Positions 32,982 to 43,181 are shown, counted from the first letter of the stretch. The stretch: DNA of 64,000 nt from Obrimoposthia wandeli (GCA_977020255.1 CDROCS010000644.1:1-64000); one strand, 5' to 3'. Program-made: numbers and translations. Notes: generated by a model not told the origin, from the sequence alone.

Positions 32982-33298
32982 TATTTCTGTATGGTATCAA
33001 ATTCGATAATATAAATATCTTCGTCTTCTTTTTTCATCAAATACTTTTCGCGAGCAAAGCGTTCTAGTTGAAGAGAATCTTGAAGTTTTTTTATAGTTTC
33101 TTTGTCTTTATCAATTTTATTTTTGTGATAATCTATCCAAATTTCTAGTTCATCAATTTCTTTATTAAACTCTCTATGGGTAAGATAAGAATTTTCATCA
33201 AAAAAAAGCATCCAAACAACGAATATGGTTAAAATAACAACATAAATGTTTGTTGCTATTTTAAAAGATGGTTTATTTTTTATTGATTTTAAATTCAT
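32981..33298 (-). CDS. Septum formation initiator (FtsB/DivIC) family
   Basis: Single TM, coiled coil, LERFAREKYLMKK. Confidence 0.85.
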   Translation of the reverse strand: MNLKSIKNKPSFKIATNIYVVILTIFVVWMLFFDENSYLTHREFNKEIDELEIWIDYHKNKIDKDKETIKKLQDSLQLERFAREKYLMKKEDEDIYIIEFDTIQK

Positions 33299-33299
33299 A

Positions 33300-33914
33300 T
33301 TACAGGCGGTCGCTAATTACGGTTCTAACAATATCTATCGCAACGGTATTGTGCCTGTCGTTTGGAATAATGATATCGGCATAGTTTTTTGTTGGTTCAA
33401 TAAATTGTTGATGCATTGGTTTTAAGGTGCTTTGGTATCTGCTTAAAACTTCGTCGATATCTCTTCCTCTTTCTTTAATATCTCTACGAACACGTCTTAT
33501 TAGGCGTTCGTCAGCGTCAGCATGTACAAAAACTTTTATGTCACAAAGGTTTCTTAGTTCTTTGCTATTAAAAATTAAAATTCCTTCAACAATAATAACT
33601 TTTCTAGGGTGTGTTTTTATCGTGTCTTTCGTTCTGTTATGCGCAACAAAAGAGTAAATTGGTTGCTCGATGATTTTGCCGCTTTTTAAATCGCTTAAAT
33701 GATGAACGAGTAATTCGAAGTCGATAGCTCTAGGATGATCAAAATTTATTTTTGTACGTTCTTCGTAGCTAAGGTTATCGGTTTGACTGTAATACGAATC
33801 TTGCGATATGATGCATACTTCATCTTGCGGTAGCTCATTAATTATTTGATTTACTACGGTTGTTTTTCCACTTCCAGTTCCGCCAGCGATACCGATTACA
33901 AATATATTTTTCAT
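33300..33914 (-). CDS. udk: Uridine kinase
   Basis: IGIAGGTGSGKTT, QDSYY, NFDHP, IVEGIL, IEPTK. Confidence 0.96.
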   Translation of the reverse strand: MKNIFVIGIAGGTGSGKTTVVNQIINELPQDEVCIISQDSYYSQTDNLSYEERTKINFDHPRAIDFELLVHHLSDLKSGKIIEQPIYSFVAHNRTKDTIKTHPRKVIIVEGILIFNSKELRNLCDIKVFVHADADERLIRRVRRDIKERGRDIDEVLSRYQSTLKPMHQQFIEPTKNYADIIIPNDRHNTVAIDIVRTVISDRL

Positions 33915-33965
33915 TGAGTTTTATTAAGATGAATTACGAAAGCAAATTTAGTAAAATATGTGCAT

Positions 33966-33997
33966 AAAAAAAGTGCTAACTTAAGTTAGCACTTTTT
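33966..33997 (-). terminator. Terminator after tRNA-Thr
   Basis: aaaaaaagtgctaac-ttaa-gttagcacttttt. Confidence 0.75.
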
Positions 33998-34006
33998 ATT
34001 TTACTG

Positions 34007-34080
34007 AGCCAATGGAGGGACTCGAACCCACGACCTGCTGATTACAAATCAGCTGCTCTAGCCAGCTGAGCTACATCGGC
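34007..34080 (-). tRNA. tRNA-Thr(TGT)
   Basis: GCCGATG/CATTGGC acceptor stem, GCTGA-TT(TGT)AA-TCAGC anticodon arm, GGTTCGAGTC T-loop, no encoded CCA. TATATTTG -7 box at 34102-34109. Confidence 0.97.
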
Positions 34081-34327
34081 TTGTTGCCTTTAAAAGCGAT
34101 GCAAATATATAATGTTTTTTGAATCTGCCAAAAGTTTTATTTAGTTTTTTTAAGAGGTTTTTTAAGTTCTCTTTTCGTAGGTGATTAACCATTTGATTAA
34201 CATGAAACTACGTTTTTTTTATTGCTGAAAAAAATATTTACTTTTTTAAAAGAATACTAATTAATAGCTTTTTTAAGGGGGTGAAATACGTTTTAACTTA
34301 GTTTTTTAACCTTTAAGATGTGAAATA

Positions 34328-34359
34328 AAAAAAAGTTCTAGTGAAACACTAGAACTTTT
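34328..34359. terminator. Hairpin downstream of the 76-aa gene
   Basis: aaaagttctagtg-aaa-cactagaactttt. Confidence 0.6.
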
Positions 34360-34457
34360 ATCAAGAATAAATAATATCAAGAATAATAAATTATGAAAAT
34401 ATCATTCTATATTGTTATAATAAACGAACGAAAACATTGTTTATTGTTGTAATAAAT

Positions 34458-34688
34458 TTAAGCAGTTAAAGGTTTCCCTTTTAATCGTTTTTCAATTCGT
34501 TGTTTTACAACTGTTAATCGCTTCATAGCATCCATTAGAGCACCATCTTTTGTTTCTTTATATACTTCGTTTATTTCAAGTATTAAAGATTTTACCTCTC
34601 TTGAAGCTAATATTCTATCACTAGTAGTAATAAATTTGAATTTTCTGTGTTCAAATTCGTCTGCTTTACTAATTAATTCTGAATTCAT
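34458..34688 (-). CDS. Small helical hypothetical protein
   Basis: 76-aa ATG-started ORF in an otherwise empty region, with amphipathic helices and a downstream terminator. Confidence 0.7.
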   Translation of the reverse strand: MNSELISKADEFEHRKFKFITTSDRILASREVKSLILEINEVYKETKDGALMDAMKRLTVVKQRIEKRLKGKPLTA

Positions 34689-35112
34689 AAAATACTTACT
34701 TATGTTAATTAAATTATCTTTTAGATTTTAGTCTGGTAATTGATTTTGTTTTACACAAAATAGTAAAATCATAAAGTTAAATCGGCGACAAATATATATT
34801 AATCTTTTTGTTAACCTATAATAAAACGATCAAATTGTTTTATTTATATATAAATTTTCTTTATATAGTTCATTAAGGCTTAATTTCCTCTTTTTTATCA
34901 ATTATAGATATAATCTATTGAGTTAAATGTAATATTTTTTTATTGATATGTCAAGTTTATTAGCAGAATTTTAACAAAATAGATTTATTTAGGGTATAAT
35001 ATTCTTTTTTTTTGTCAAAAAAAAGCGAATAATAAAGTATTTTTGAAGGGTGAAAGTTGCTTTTTTTTTAAAGTGATTTTATGATAAACATTGATGTAAA
35101 TCTATAAATTAA

Positions 35113-35718
35113 ATGAGAAAAATTTTAGCAGTATTTTTTATTATTGCACTTCAATCTTGTAGTACTGAAGGGAAAAGGAAAAACGTTGGAGATTCAGATT
35201 TTCAAAAAGAAATGAATGCTAAATTCAAAGATGCTTCTAAATCACCTTTAACAAAAAAAGGATTAAAAAAATTTAAAGGATTAGATTTTTTTACTTTTGA
35301 TACTATATATAAGGTAACTGCAAAATTAGCTAAAACACCCGATGCACCTAAATTTAATTTTCCTACAACAACTGATAGGGTTGTAACGTATGAAAAATAC
35401 GGAATAATTTCTTTTTCTATTGCTGATGAAGATTTTGAATTAGCTATTTATAAAGATGAGTATCCGAAGCCGGAATATAAAGATCACTTGTTTTTGCCTT
35501 TTTTTGATAAAACGAACGGAAAAACCTCTTACGAAGGAGGGCGATTTATTGATGTTTTAATTACAGATGAAAATAACAACGGAACAATTGTTATTGATTT
35601 TAACGAAGCATATAATCCTTATTGCGCATATAGTGATCGGTATTCTTGCCCTATTACTCCAAGAGATAATTACTTAGACACAGAGATAAAAGCCGGAGTT
35701 ATGGCATATAAAAAGTAA
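35113..35718 (+). CDS. DUF1684 family lipoprotein
   Basis: Lipobox LQSC, LFLPFFD.TNG..SY.GGRFID, IDFNEAYNPYCAYS..YSCP. Confidence 0.88.
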   Translation: MRKILAVFFIIALQSCSTEGKRKNVGDSDFQKEMNAKFKDASKSPLTKKGLKKFKGLDFFTFDTIYKVTAKLAKTPDAPKFNFPTTTDRVVTYEKYGIISFSIADEDFELAIYKDEYPKPEYKDHLFLPFFDKTNGKTSYEGGRFIDVLITDENNNGTIVIDFNEAYNPYCAYSDRYSCPITPRDNYLDTEIKAGVMAYKK

Positions 35719-35719
35719 T

Positions 35720-35750
35720 AAAGAAGCCTGCAACTAGCAGGCTTCTTTTT
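35720..35750. terminator. Bidirectional terminator
   Basis: aaagaagcctgc-aacta-gcaggcttcttttt between convergent genes. Confidence 0.75.
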
Positions 35751-36454
35751 TATTTAGTAGGTGGATGTAGTCCGTCTATAAGATCTTGTTGAATAGCTTC
35801 TGCTAATGAAGCTAAATAATTTTTCCTGACTTTTAATTTAGTAGCAGCGTGTGCTTTCGGATTTAAAGAAGCAAACATTTCGGCAATTTTAATAGCTGTT
35901 GGTAATAAATGACTTTCTGGAACAATTTTATCTAAAAACCCTGCAGTAATTGCATCTTTAGGATTGTAAATTTCTGAATTGTTTACACTGCGTTCAAAAT
36001 AAACAGGCGCTAAACGACCTTTTGCTATTTCAATACCAGCATTGTGCATGGTCATTCCTATCATTACTTCGTTTAATCCTATTTTAAAATCACCTTCGGT
36101 ACCCAATCTATAATCAGCAGAAAGCAATAAAAAGGCTCCTTTCGCAATTGCATGACCCGTACAGGCTGCAATAATTGGAAAAGGAAAAGATAACATTCTG
36201 TGTGATAGTTTAGATCCTTTAGTAACTAATTCTAAAGCAGATTCAGGTGAAGCTGTCATGCTTTTTAAATCATATCCAGCTGAAAACATACCTGGTTGAC
36301 CTGTTAAAATAACAATCTTTTTTTCTTGTTCAGCTTTGTCTAATAAAGAGTTTAAAGAGTCTATTACTTCATGTGATATTGCATTTACTTTACCATTTGA
36401 AAGGGTAATAATTGCATATTTATCTTTTGATGTATATTGTACTAATTCGTTCAT
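35750..36454 (-). CDS. Crotonase / enoyl-CoA hydratase family protein
   Basis: GKVNAIS, FSAGYDL, ACTGHAIAKG, GLNEV.IGM. Confidence 0.9.
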   Translation of the reverse strand: MNELVQYTSKDKYAIITLSNGKVNAISHEVIDSLNSLLDKAEQEKKIVILTGQPGMFSAGYDLKSMTASPESALELVTKGSKLSHRMLSFPFPIIAACTGHAIAKGAFLLLSADYRLGTEGDFKIGLNEVMIGMTMHNAGIEIAKGRLAPVYFERSVNNSEIYNPKDAITAGFLDKIVPESHLLPTAIKIAEMFASLNPKAHAATKLKVRKNYLASLAEAIQQDLIDGLHPPTK

Positions 36455-36457
36455 GGG

Positions 36458-36829
36458 TTAAATAAATTTAATGAGATATATTCCTGCGAAAACGGCTAAA
36501 AATCCTAGAACAAAACTAGCGATTGTGTATAAGGCAAAAGAAGTGAAATCTCCGGATTTTAAAAATAAATGATTTTCGTATGCAAAGGTAGAAAAGGTTG
36601 TGAATCCGCCACAAAAACCTGTAGCTAGTAATAATGTACTACTTTGAGACATGGCTTCGTTTTTGGCTACTAATCCTAAAATAAACCCTATAAGCAGGCT
36701 ACCTAATATATTTGCGGTGAAGGTACCGTAGGGAATTCCCGTTTGTGAGTTGTTTAAGAACTTACCAATAAAGTATCTTAAAACACTACCTGTTCCTCCG
36801 CCTATAAAAACTAATAAAAGTTGTTTCAT
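36458..36829 (-). CDS. crcB: Fluoride efflux channel CrcB/FluC
   Basis: GGGTGSVLRY, GTFTAN.LGS, GFCGGFTTFSTF. Confidence 0.96.
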   Translation of the reverse strand: MKQLLLVFIGGGTGSVLRYFIGKFLNNSQTGIPYGTFTANILGSLLIGFILGLVAKNEAMSQSSTLLLATGFCGGFTTFSTFAYENHLFLKSGDFTSFALYTIASFVLGFLAVFAGIYLIKFI

Positions 36830-36887
36830 AACGCTGTTAAAATAATAAAACCTCGCAAATTTTACGAGGTTTTAAAAAACTAAAGTT

Positions 36888-37865
36888 TTATTTTAAGATT
36901 ATGTCTTCGGCATCTGTCCAGTTCCATTTTCCTACAATAATTCCTTTTTCAACAGTAACCACACCTGGGTTTGCTCTAATTACTGTTTTTAAGGCTGTTT
37001 CATCGCAAAATCCGAAGGTATATGGTAGGTTAAACTCTTTTTGAGAGGCAGCTAAATCTTCAATATAAGAAGCTGTTAATACATAAATTTCATATCCTTT
37101 TGCTTTCGCTTTAGCAGCTGCTTTAGAGATTGCAGTTATTCCTTCTTTTTCTGTTTTATCAAAATTATACATTATAACAAGCATCGCTTTGTCTTTTGCT
37201 AACATCGTTTCTAAGAGGTCACCATCTTCATCAGTTTCAATCATAAAATCATGAATTGGCGGTACTTCGTCACTATCGTCTTGATATTTCATTCCTTCAG
37301 CAATATCAGTTCCTATTGAATATGCTCTAAAATCGATAATTGGTAAATGATTTAATACATAATAGGTTATAAATAAAGAGAGTACTATTGTTGCATACGT
37401 TTTTATAGCACCAAGTTTATCTGAAAGAAAAGGTTTAATATGTTTTAATCCGAAGATTAAAATCACAATAAAAAACATAAAAATTACATTCTTGTAAAAA
37501 GTTTCTTTAGGGGTGAGTTTTAAAGCGTCACCAAAACATCCGCAGTCTGTAACTTTGTTATAAGTATAAGAATACCATGTTAAGAACAGGAAAATTAAGT
37601 TAAGACCAAATATGCTCCATACTGTAAGTTTAGGTTTGTAGCCAACAATAAGCATTACTCCTAAAACTAATTCAGAAATAATTAAAAGAATAGCAAAAGG
37701 TAAAGTATAAGGAATAAGGAATTCCATATTTAAAACATCTTCGCTAAAATATTCTTGAAATTTATATTGAGAACCAATTGGGTCTACTAATTTTACAAAT
37801 CCTGAATAGATAAATAAAAGACCTACTAATATTCTTGAAATATGGGTTGAAATTTTTAAAATCAT
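36888..37865 (-). CDS. DoxX/MauE-like membrane protein (BT_3928 family)
   Basis: SGFVKL.DP.G, VTDCGCFGDA, HLPIIDFR, C-terminal thioredoxin-like IRANPG. Confidence 0.75.
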   Translation of the reverse strand: MILKISTHISRILVGLLFIYSGFVKLVDPIGSQYKFQEYFSEDVLNMEFLIPYTLPFAILLIISELVLGVMLIVGYKPKLTVWSIFGLNLIFLFLTWYSYTYNKVTDCGCFGDALKLTPKETFYKNVIFMFFIVILIFGLKHIKPFLSDKLGAIKTYATIVLSLFITYYVLNHLPIIDFRAYSIGTDIAEGMKYQDDSDEVPPIHDFMIETDEDGDLLETMLAKDKAMLVIMYNFDKTEKEGITAISKAAAKAKAKGYEIYVLTASYIEDLAASQKEFNLPYTFGFCDETALKTVIRANPGVVTVEKGIIVGKWNWTDAEDIILK

Positions 37866-37881
37866 TTTTTGGGGTTTAAGT

Positions 37882-38427
37882 TTAACTATCTAACGATGAG
37901 TGATGAATCAATGCAAAAATAGCATAATTAATCATATCTTGGTAATTTGCATCAATTCCTTCAGAAACTAAGGTTTTTCCTTGGTTGTCTTCAATTTGTT
38001 TTACGCGTAGTAATTTTTGAAGAATTAAATCTGTTAAAGATGAAATTCTCATATCTCGCCAAGCTTCACCATAATCATGGTTTTTGTTTTCCATTAATTC
38101 TTTGGTGATTTTAAGATGTTTATCATACAAAGAAGTAGCTTTATCAGTATTTAAATCTGGCTGTTCTGCAACACCAAGTTCTAATTGAATTAATGCCATT
38201 ATTGAGTAGTTAATAATACCAATAAACTCTGGTTTTTCACCTTCGTCAACTTTACGTTCAGTATTTTCTTGTAACTGACGGATGCGTTGTGCCTTGATAA
38301 AAATTTGATCTGTTAATGAAGGAAGTCTTAAAATTCTCCAAGCACTACCATAGTCGCTCATTTTTTTTATAAACAAGTTTCTGCATTCTTCAACTACGGC
38401 ATCGTATTGTTTGGATGTGTTCTGCAT
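37882..38427 (-). CDS. DUF1599 domain protein
   Basis: Duplicated motif K..DYG.AWR...SSLTD.I..K..R. Confidence 0.85.
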   Translation of the reverse strand: MQNTSKQYDAVVEECRNLFIKKMSDYGSAWRILRLPSLTDQIFIKAQRIRQLQENTERKVDEGEKPEFIGIINYSIMALIQLELGVAEQPDLNTDKATSLYDKHLKITKELMENKNHDYGEAWRDMRISSLTDLILQKLLRVKQIEDNQGKTLVSEGIDANYQDMINYAIFALIHHSSLDS

Positions 38428-38507
38428 CTTTTTTATTTAAAAGTATTCGTTCAAAAATAGTAAATATTACAAGCTTTTCATTTATTTTTACTTGGAAATT
38501 TATGAAG

Positions 38508-39329
38508 ATGACGATTAATTGTAATGAAAAATTAATAGACCTCACTGCGCCTAAAGTTATGGGGATTTTAAATGTTACTCCAGATTCCTTTTTTGATGGA
38601 GGAAAATACAAGGATGAAGGTGATATTCTGAAGCAAACAGAAAAGATGCTAAAGGAAGGTGCTAGTTTTATTGATATTGGTGCGTATTCGTCAAGACCAG
38701 GAGCAAAACATATTTCAGAAACTGAAGAATTGCAAAGAATTATACCTGTTGTTGCGTTGTTGGTAAAGAATTTTCCGGATATTATTATTTCTGTAGATTC
38801 TTTTAGAAGTCGAGTAGTGGAAGATTCAATCAATGCTGGAGCAGCTTTGATTAATGATATTTCTGGAGGGAAAATTGATGAACAAATGTTTCATACAATT
38901 GCAAAATTGCAAGTGCCTTATATTATGATGCATATGCAAGGAACTCCGCAAAACATGCAATCAAGTCCAGTTTATAAAGATATAGTAACTGAAGTGATCT
39001 CTTTTTTTGCAGCTCAATTATTTAAACTTCGTGAGCTAAAAGTAAATGATGTTATTATTGATGTAGGTTTTGGATTTGGAAAAACACCGGCGCATAATTA
39101 TGAATTGTTAAACAAATTGTCTTTATTTAAAAATCTTGAACTTCCTATTTTAACAGGAGTTTCTAGAAAATCGATGCTTTATAAATTGCTTGATGTTTCA
39201 CCTCAAAATGCATTAAATGCAACTACGGTAGCGAATACAATTGCTTTATTGAACGGAACAAATATTTTAAGAGTTCATGACGTAAAAGAAGCTGTTGAAG
39301 CTGTTAAGATTGTATCGCAATTACGATAA
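38508..39329 (+). CDS. folP: Dihydropteroate synthase
   Basis: VMGILNVTPDSFFDGG, DIGAYSSRPGA, DVGFGFGKT, SRKS, RVHDV. Start placed at MTINCN. Confidence 0.96.
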   Translation: MTINCNEKLIDLTAPKVMGILNVTPDSFFDGGKYKDEGDILKQTEKMLKEGASFIDIGAYSSRPGAKHISETEELQRIIPVVALLVKNFPDIIISVDSFRSRVVEDSINAGAALINDISGGKIDEQMFHTIAKLQVPYIMMHMQGTPQNMQSSPVYKDIVTEVISFFAAQLFKLRELKVNDVIIDVGFGFGKTPAHNYELLNKLSLFKNLELPILTGVSRKSMLYKLLDVSPQNALNATTVANTIALLNGTNILRVHDVKEAVEAVKIVSQLR

Positions 39330-39363
39330 AATGATTACTTTTACTAAAACTTCAAAATAATTA

Positions 39364-40146
39364 ATGAATTTAGATTTTATCGATTTTTCGTTTCTTGATG
39401 TGCTAGATATTATTTTAGTAGCAGTATTGCTGTATTATATATATAAATTATTAAAAGGTACTGTGGCGATTAATATTGTGATTGGCATCGCTTTAATTTT
39501 TTTAATTTGGAAGATAACACAGGCACTTCATATGGAGATGGTGAGTGGTATTTTAGGTTATTTATTATCTGGTGGTGTTATCGCCTTGATTATTGTTTTT
39601 CAACAAGAAATAAGAAAATTTTTATTGATGATTGGTACTACTAATTTATCCACAAAGAAAGGTTTGCTGAGTCAGTTGAGGTTTATGAAGACGGAAGTTA
39701 ATTCAGAAGTAGATATTGAAAAAATTTTAAAAGCATGCACAAGTATGTCTAAAACAAGAACAGGAGCGTTATTGGTTATTGAAAATACCAATAACCTTGA
39801 TTTTTTGATCAACACTGGTGATAAAATGAATGCGTTGCTAAATGAAGCAATTTTAGAAAGTATTTTTTATAAGAATAGCCCATTACATGATGGAGCAACA
39901 GTTATTCGAGATAATTATATTGTAGCAACTCGCGTAGTTTTACCAATTTCTGATAGTACTAAAATACCCGCTCGTTTTGGGTTAAGGCATAGGGCAGCAA
40001 TAGGAGTTACCGAAAGAACGGATGCTATTTGTTTATTGGTTTCAGAAGAAACAGGAGAAATATCTTATATAAATAACGGTGAGTTTGTATTTTATAAAAC
40101 ACCAGAAGATTTATTTGTGAAGTTACAAAAAGATTTAACGGCATAA
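39364..40146 (+). CDS. dacA: Diadenylate cyclase (CdaA/DacA)
   Basis: Three N-terminal TMs, FQQEIR, GALLV, PLHDGA, GLRHRAA, VSEETG. Confidence 0.93.
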   Translation: MNLDFIDFSFLDVLDIILVAVLLYYIYKLLKGTVAINIVIGIALIFLIWKITQALHMEMVSGILGYLLSGGVIALIIVFQQEIRKFLLMIGTTNLSTKKGLLSQLRFMKTEVNSEVDIEKILKACTSMSKTRTGALLVIENTNNLDFLINTGDKMNALLNEAILESIFYKNSPLHDGATVIRDNYIVATRVVLPISDSTKIPARFGLRHRAAIGVTERTDAICLLVSEETGEISYINNGEFVFYKTPEDLFVKLQKDLTA

Positions 40147-40172
40147 AAAAAGCTCGCAATTGCGAGCTTTTT
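40145..40172. terminator. Bidirectional terminator
   Basis: aaaaaaagctcgcaattgcgagcttttt. Confidence 0.75.
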
Positions 40173-40190
40173 AATTTTATATAACTAAAA

Positions 40191-40640
40191 TTATTTAGTA
40201 GCAGGTGCCATTTTAGATTGTATAGCAGTCATTACTTTACTAAATTTCACAGCACTTTCAGCATCTAAAGAACCAGTGATTTCACCAGCTTTAGTTGCTA
40301 ACTCAGCAGCTTTAGTTGCTAATTCAGTATTTTTTAAAACATCTCCTTTTGCATCGATATAAGATTTAGCATACTCAGAATAAGATTTTAAGTATTCTCC
40401 AACTTTAGGATCTTTAAATTCAGGAATTGTCACACCTTCAAGTGCAGATTTTACAGCCTCAGTAGCTTCTTCAACAGCAGCTTCAGTAGTTTCTACAGTT
40501 TTAGTTGTAGCTTCAGTAGCTTCTTCAGTTGCAGTTTCAACAGCCTCAACAGTTGCTTCTTTTGCTTCTTCTTTAGTGTTTTTACAAGAGGTTGCTAATA
40601 AGGCACCAGCAACACACATAGTTAAAATTACTTTTTTCAT
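40191..40640 (-). CDS. Lipoprotein with E/A/T-rich linker and helical C-terminal domain
   Basis: Lipobox LATSC and low-complexity EEAT repeats. C-terminal domain is similar to the 40981-41343 product. Confidence 0.85.
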   Translation of the reverse strand: MKKVILTMCVAGALLATSCKNTKEEAKEATVEAVETATEEATEATTKTVETTEAAVEEATEAVKSALEGVTIPEFKDPKVGEYLKSYSEYAKSYIDAKGDVLKNTELATKAAELATKAGEITGSLDAESAVKFSKVMTAIQSKMAPATK

Positions 40641-40709
40641 TTTTTTATGATTTTTAATTTTTGATTGATTACTACAAATGTATCATTTTGAGAGTTCTAT
40701 ACAAGTAAT

Positions 40710-40820
40710 CTACAAGTTAATTTCACTGCTAAATTGTTTTTTGAGCAAATTTTTGTAATAACCATTCTCCTTTTGAAGAAGAGTGCTATGATTTTCTTGC
40801 TCGGTAATTTTTATTTTGTA
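40710..40820 (-). pseudogene. Fossil duplicate of the 3' end of the ABC transporter gene
   Basis: Translates KIKITEQENHSTLLQKENGYYKNLLKKQF, versus KGIIIEQGNHNMLLQKENGYYKNLYDKQF at the end of 41424-43181. Both share ccattctccttttgaagaag. Confidence 0.85.
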
Positions 40821-40980
40821 ATTATGAACCTATTGAATAATGAAGCATATGTAATTATATTAAGGCAACTAATGTAGTTTTATGGATATTAGATAAAAAA
40901 ATAGCCACCTTGTTTCAGATAGCTATTTTCTTATTGACTTTATAAAAAATAAAGAAGTTTTTTTAAGATGAAAACTAAAA

Positions 40981-41343
40981 TTACGTAGTTGGGAATGATG
41001 CCAATTTAGCATATATAATTTTCATTATAGCATGAAATTTTTTAGAATCAGGTGTGCCTAATTTACCTAATAATTCATTTCTATCAGAATTTAATTTACG
41101 AAGTCCTTGCATGAACTCATTATTTCTTAAGACTTTACCTTTGTTTTTAATATAAAATTCGGCATAAGCATTGTATTTTGTTAGGTATTTGGTGGCAAGC
41201 GGGTTGCTGAATTCTGAAATTCCTTTTATACCGCCTGTAGACTTTACATTAGTCTTAGCTGTAGTTATTGTTTTGTTAGTATTTTGAGAAGAAGCTACTA
41301 ATGAAGCCACTGCAAAGCACAAAGTTAAAATTAATTTTCTCAT
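40981..41343 (-). CDS. Secreted paralogue of the 40191-40640 lipoprotein
   Basis: Signal peptide without a lipobox Cys at the cleavage site. EFSNP...KYL..Y..YA..YI..KG.VL.N aligns with the neighbour. Confidence 0.75.
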   Translation of the reverse strand: MRKLILTLCFAVASLVASSQNTNKTITTAKTNVKSTGGIKGISEFSNPLATKYLTKYNAYAEFYIKNKGKVLRNNEFMQGLRKLNSDRNELLGKLGTPDSKKFHAIMKIIYAKLASFPTT

Positions 41344-41423
41344 GTTTTTTTAAAGTTTATATTTATATGGCAAGTATATAGGGATGCGTATAATATTCAT
41401 TAATTTTGTTTCCAAATGAAGTA

Positions 41424-43181
41424 TTAATCTTTCCGAAATTGCTTGTCGTAGAGGTTTTTATAGTATCCATTCTCCTTTTGAAGAAGCATGTTATGATTTC
41501 CTTGTTCAATAATTATTCCTTTATCCATAACAATGATGGTATCCGCTTTTTTTATGGTTGCTAATCTATGTGCAATTATTATAGAGGTTCGGTTTTTTGT
41601 GATTTCATCCGTAGCATGTTGAATCATTTGTTCTGAATGTGTATCTACAGATGATGTAGCTTCATCTAGAATTAAAATACTAGGCTTGCTAACATACGCA
41701 CGTAAAAAAGCGATTAATTGTCTTTGACCAGAAGAAAGCATTGCTCCACGTTCTTTAACATTATAAGCATAATTATTAGGCAGAGTCATTATAAAATCAT
41801 GAATTCCAATTTGTTTAGCTGCCTGTTTAACTTCTTCTAATGAAATATTTTGATGTTTTAATGAAATATTATTGAAAATAGTATCAGAAAATAAAAATAC
41901 ATCTTGTAAAACGACGGCAACTTTTTCACGCAAAGAGTTGATTTCATAATCTTCAACTAAAATATCATCTAGGTAAATAGCGCCACTGTCTATTTCATAA
42001 AAACGATTTATTAAATTTATAATAGTTGATTTTCCTGCTCCTGTAGCGCCAACAATAGCAATTGTTTCGCCTTTTTTAACATTAAAACTGATGCCTTTTA
42101 AAACTTCTTCTCCTTTAATATAGCTAAAACGAACATCTTTAAATTTTATGTTTCCTTGTAAAAAATCTGTAGTTATTGTTCCGCTTTTAGTAATAGAGCT
42201 TTCTGTGTCAATTACATTAAATACACGTTCACCAGCTACAATTCCCATTTGTAATTGGTTAAATTTATCTGCTATTTGACGAAGTGGCCTGAATAACATT
42301 TGAGACATTTTTATAAAACCAATAATTGCACCGACAGTTACCGCGTCATCTTCAATAACTTGAAGACCTCCAAACCATACAATTAATCCGATGGCAATAG
42401 ATGATAATATTTCTGCTATTGGAAAAAATATAGAATAATACCAAACTGTTTTTACATGTGCTTTTTTATGTTTTTCGTTGATGCCAACAAAATTTTGATA
42501 TTCAATTTTTTCACGATTAAATAGTTGTACAATTTTCATTCCCGTAACTCTTTCTTGCACAAAACCGTTAAGGTTTGCTACTTGGTTACGAACATCTTGA
42601 AAAGTAGATTTTATAGCTATCTGAAAAATCTTTGTAGCATATATTAAAATAGGTAGTGTTGCTAATGCAATAATGGATAGTTTCCAATTAATGTAAAGCA
42701 TTACAATTATAACAATGATCATTTTTAAAACATCACTTATAATCATAAAAACACCTTGCGTAAAAAAGTTAGCAATTGTTTCGATATCTGAAACAACTCT
42801 GGTAACCAATTTACCTACGGATGAGTTATTGAAATAGCTCATTTTAAAAGCTAGTATTTTTCTAAATGTTTTAGCTCTTATATCTCTAATAATATGTTGA
42901 CCGACCCAATTAGCGTTGTAAATGAAACTAAACTGAAATAATACTTGTACTAATAGCACAGCAAGCATCGCTATTGTATAATATAGTAATCTTGTTAAAT
43001 CTTTATGAGCTACAAAATCATCGATAGCTGTCATTAAGATAATAGGACTAATTACTGCAAAGACAGCCAATAGTATTGTTGATGTTGCAGCTATAATAAA
43101 CCGAGTACGGTATTGTTTTGCAAAACTCATAAGTCTTACAAAAATTTTAATATCAAATGCTTTTCCTGTTGTTTTACTCAC
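41424..43181 (-). CDS. ABC transporter, fused permease/ATPase (MsbA/MdlB-like)
   Basis: TM domain, GATGAGKST, LSSGQRQ, ILDEATS, IAHRL. Confidence 0.95.
   Translation of the reverse strand: MSKTTGKAFDIKIFVRLMSFAKQYRTRFIIAATSTILLAVFAVISPIILMTAIDDFVAHKDLTRLLYYTIAMLAVLLVQVLFQFSFIYNANWVGQHIIRDIRAKTFRKILAFKMSYFNNSSVGKLVTRVVSDIETIANFFTQGVFMIISDVLKMIIVIIVMLYINWKLSIIALATLPILIYATKIFQIAIKSTFQDVRNQVANLNGFVQERVTGMKIVQLFNREKIEYQNFVGINEKHKKAHVKTVWYYSIFFPIAEILSSIAIGLIVWFGGLQVIEDDAVTVGAIIGFIKMSQMLFRPLRQIADKFNQLQMGIVAGERVFNVIDTESSITKSGTITTDFLQGNIKFKDVRFSYIKGEEVLKGISFNVKKGETIAIVGATGAGKSTIINLINRFYEIDSGAIYLDDILVEDYEINSLREKVAVVLQDVFLFSDTIFNNISLKHQNISLEEVKQAAKQIGIHDFIMTLPNNYAYNVKERGAMLSSGQRQLIAFLRAYVSKPSILILDEATSSVDTHSEQMIQHATDEITKNRTSIIIAHRLATIKKADTIIVMDKGIIIEQGNHNMLLQKENGYYKNLYDKQFRKD

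Noticed and set aside
34360-34390. Short direct repeat atcaagaataa x2
   Set aside because: AT-rich 11-mer near a terminator; plausible by chance or slippage.
38390-38833. 147-aa minus-strand ORF
   Set aside because: Antisense to folP and overlapping the DUF1599 start; not protein-like.
38508-40146. folP-dacA linkage and c-di-AMP signalling
   Set aside because: Commonly seen arrangement in Bacteroidota; nothing unusual here.
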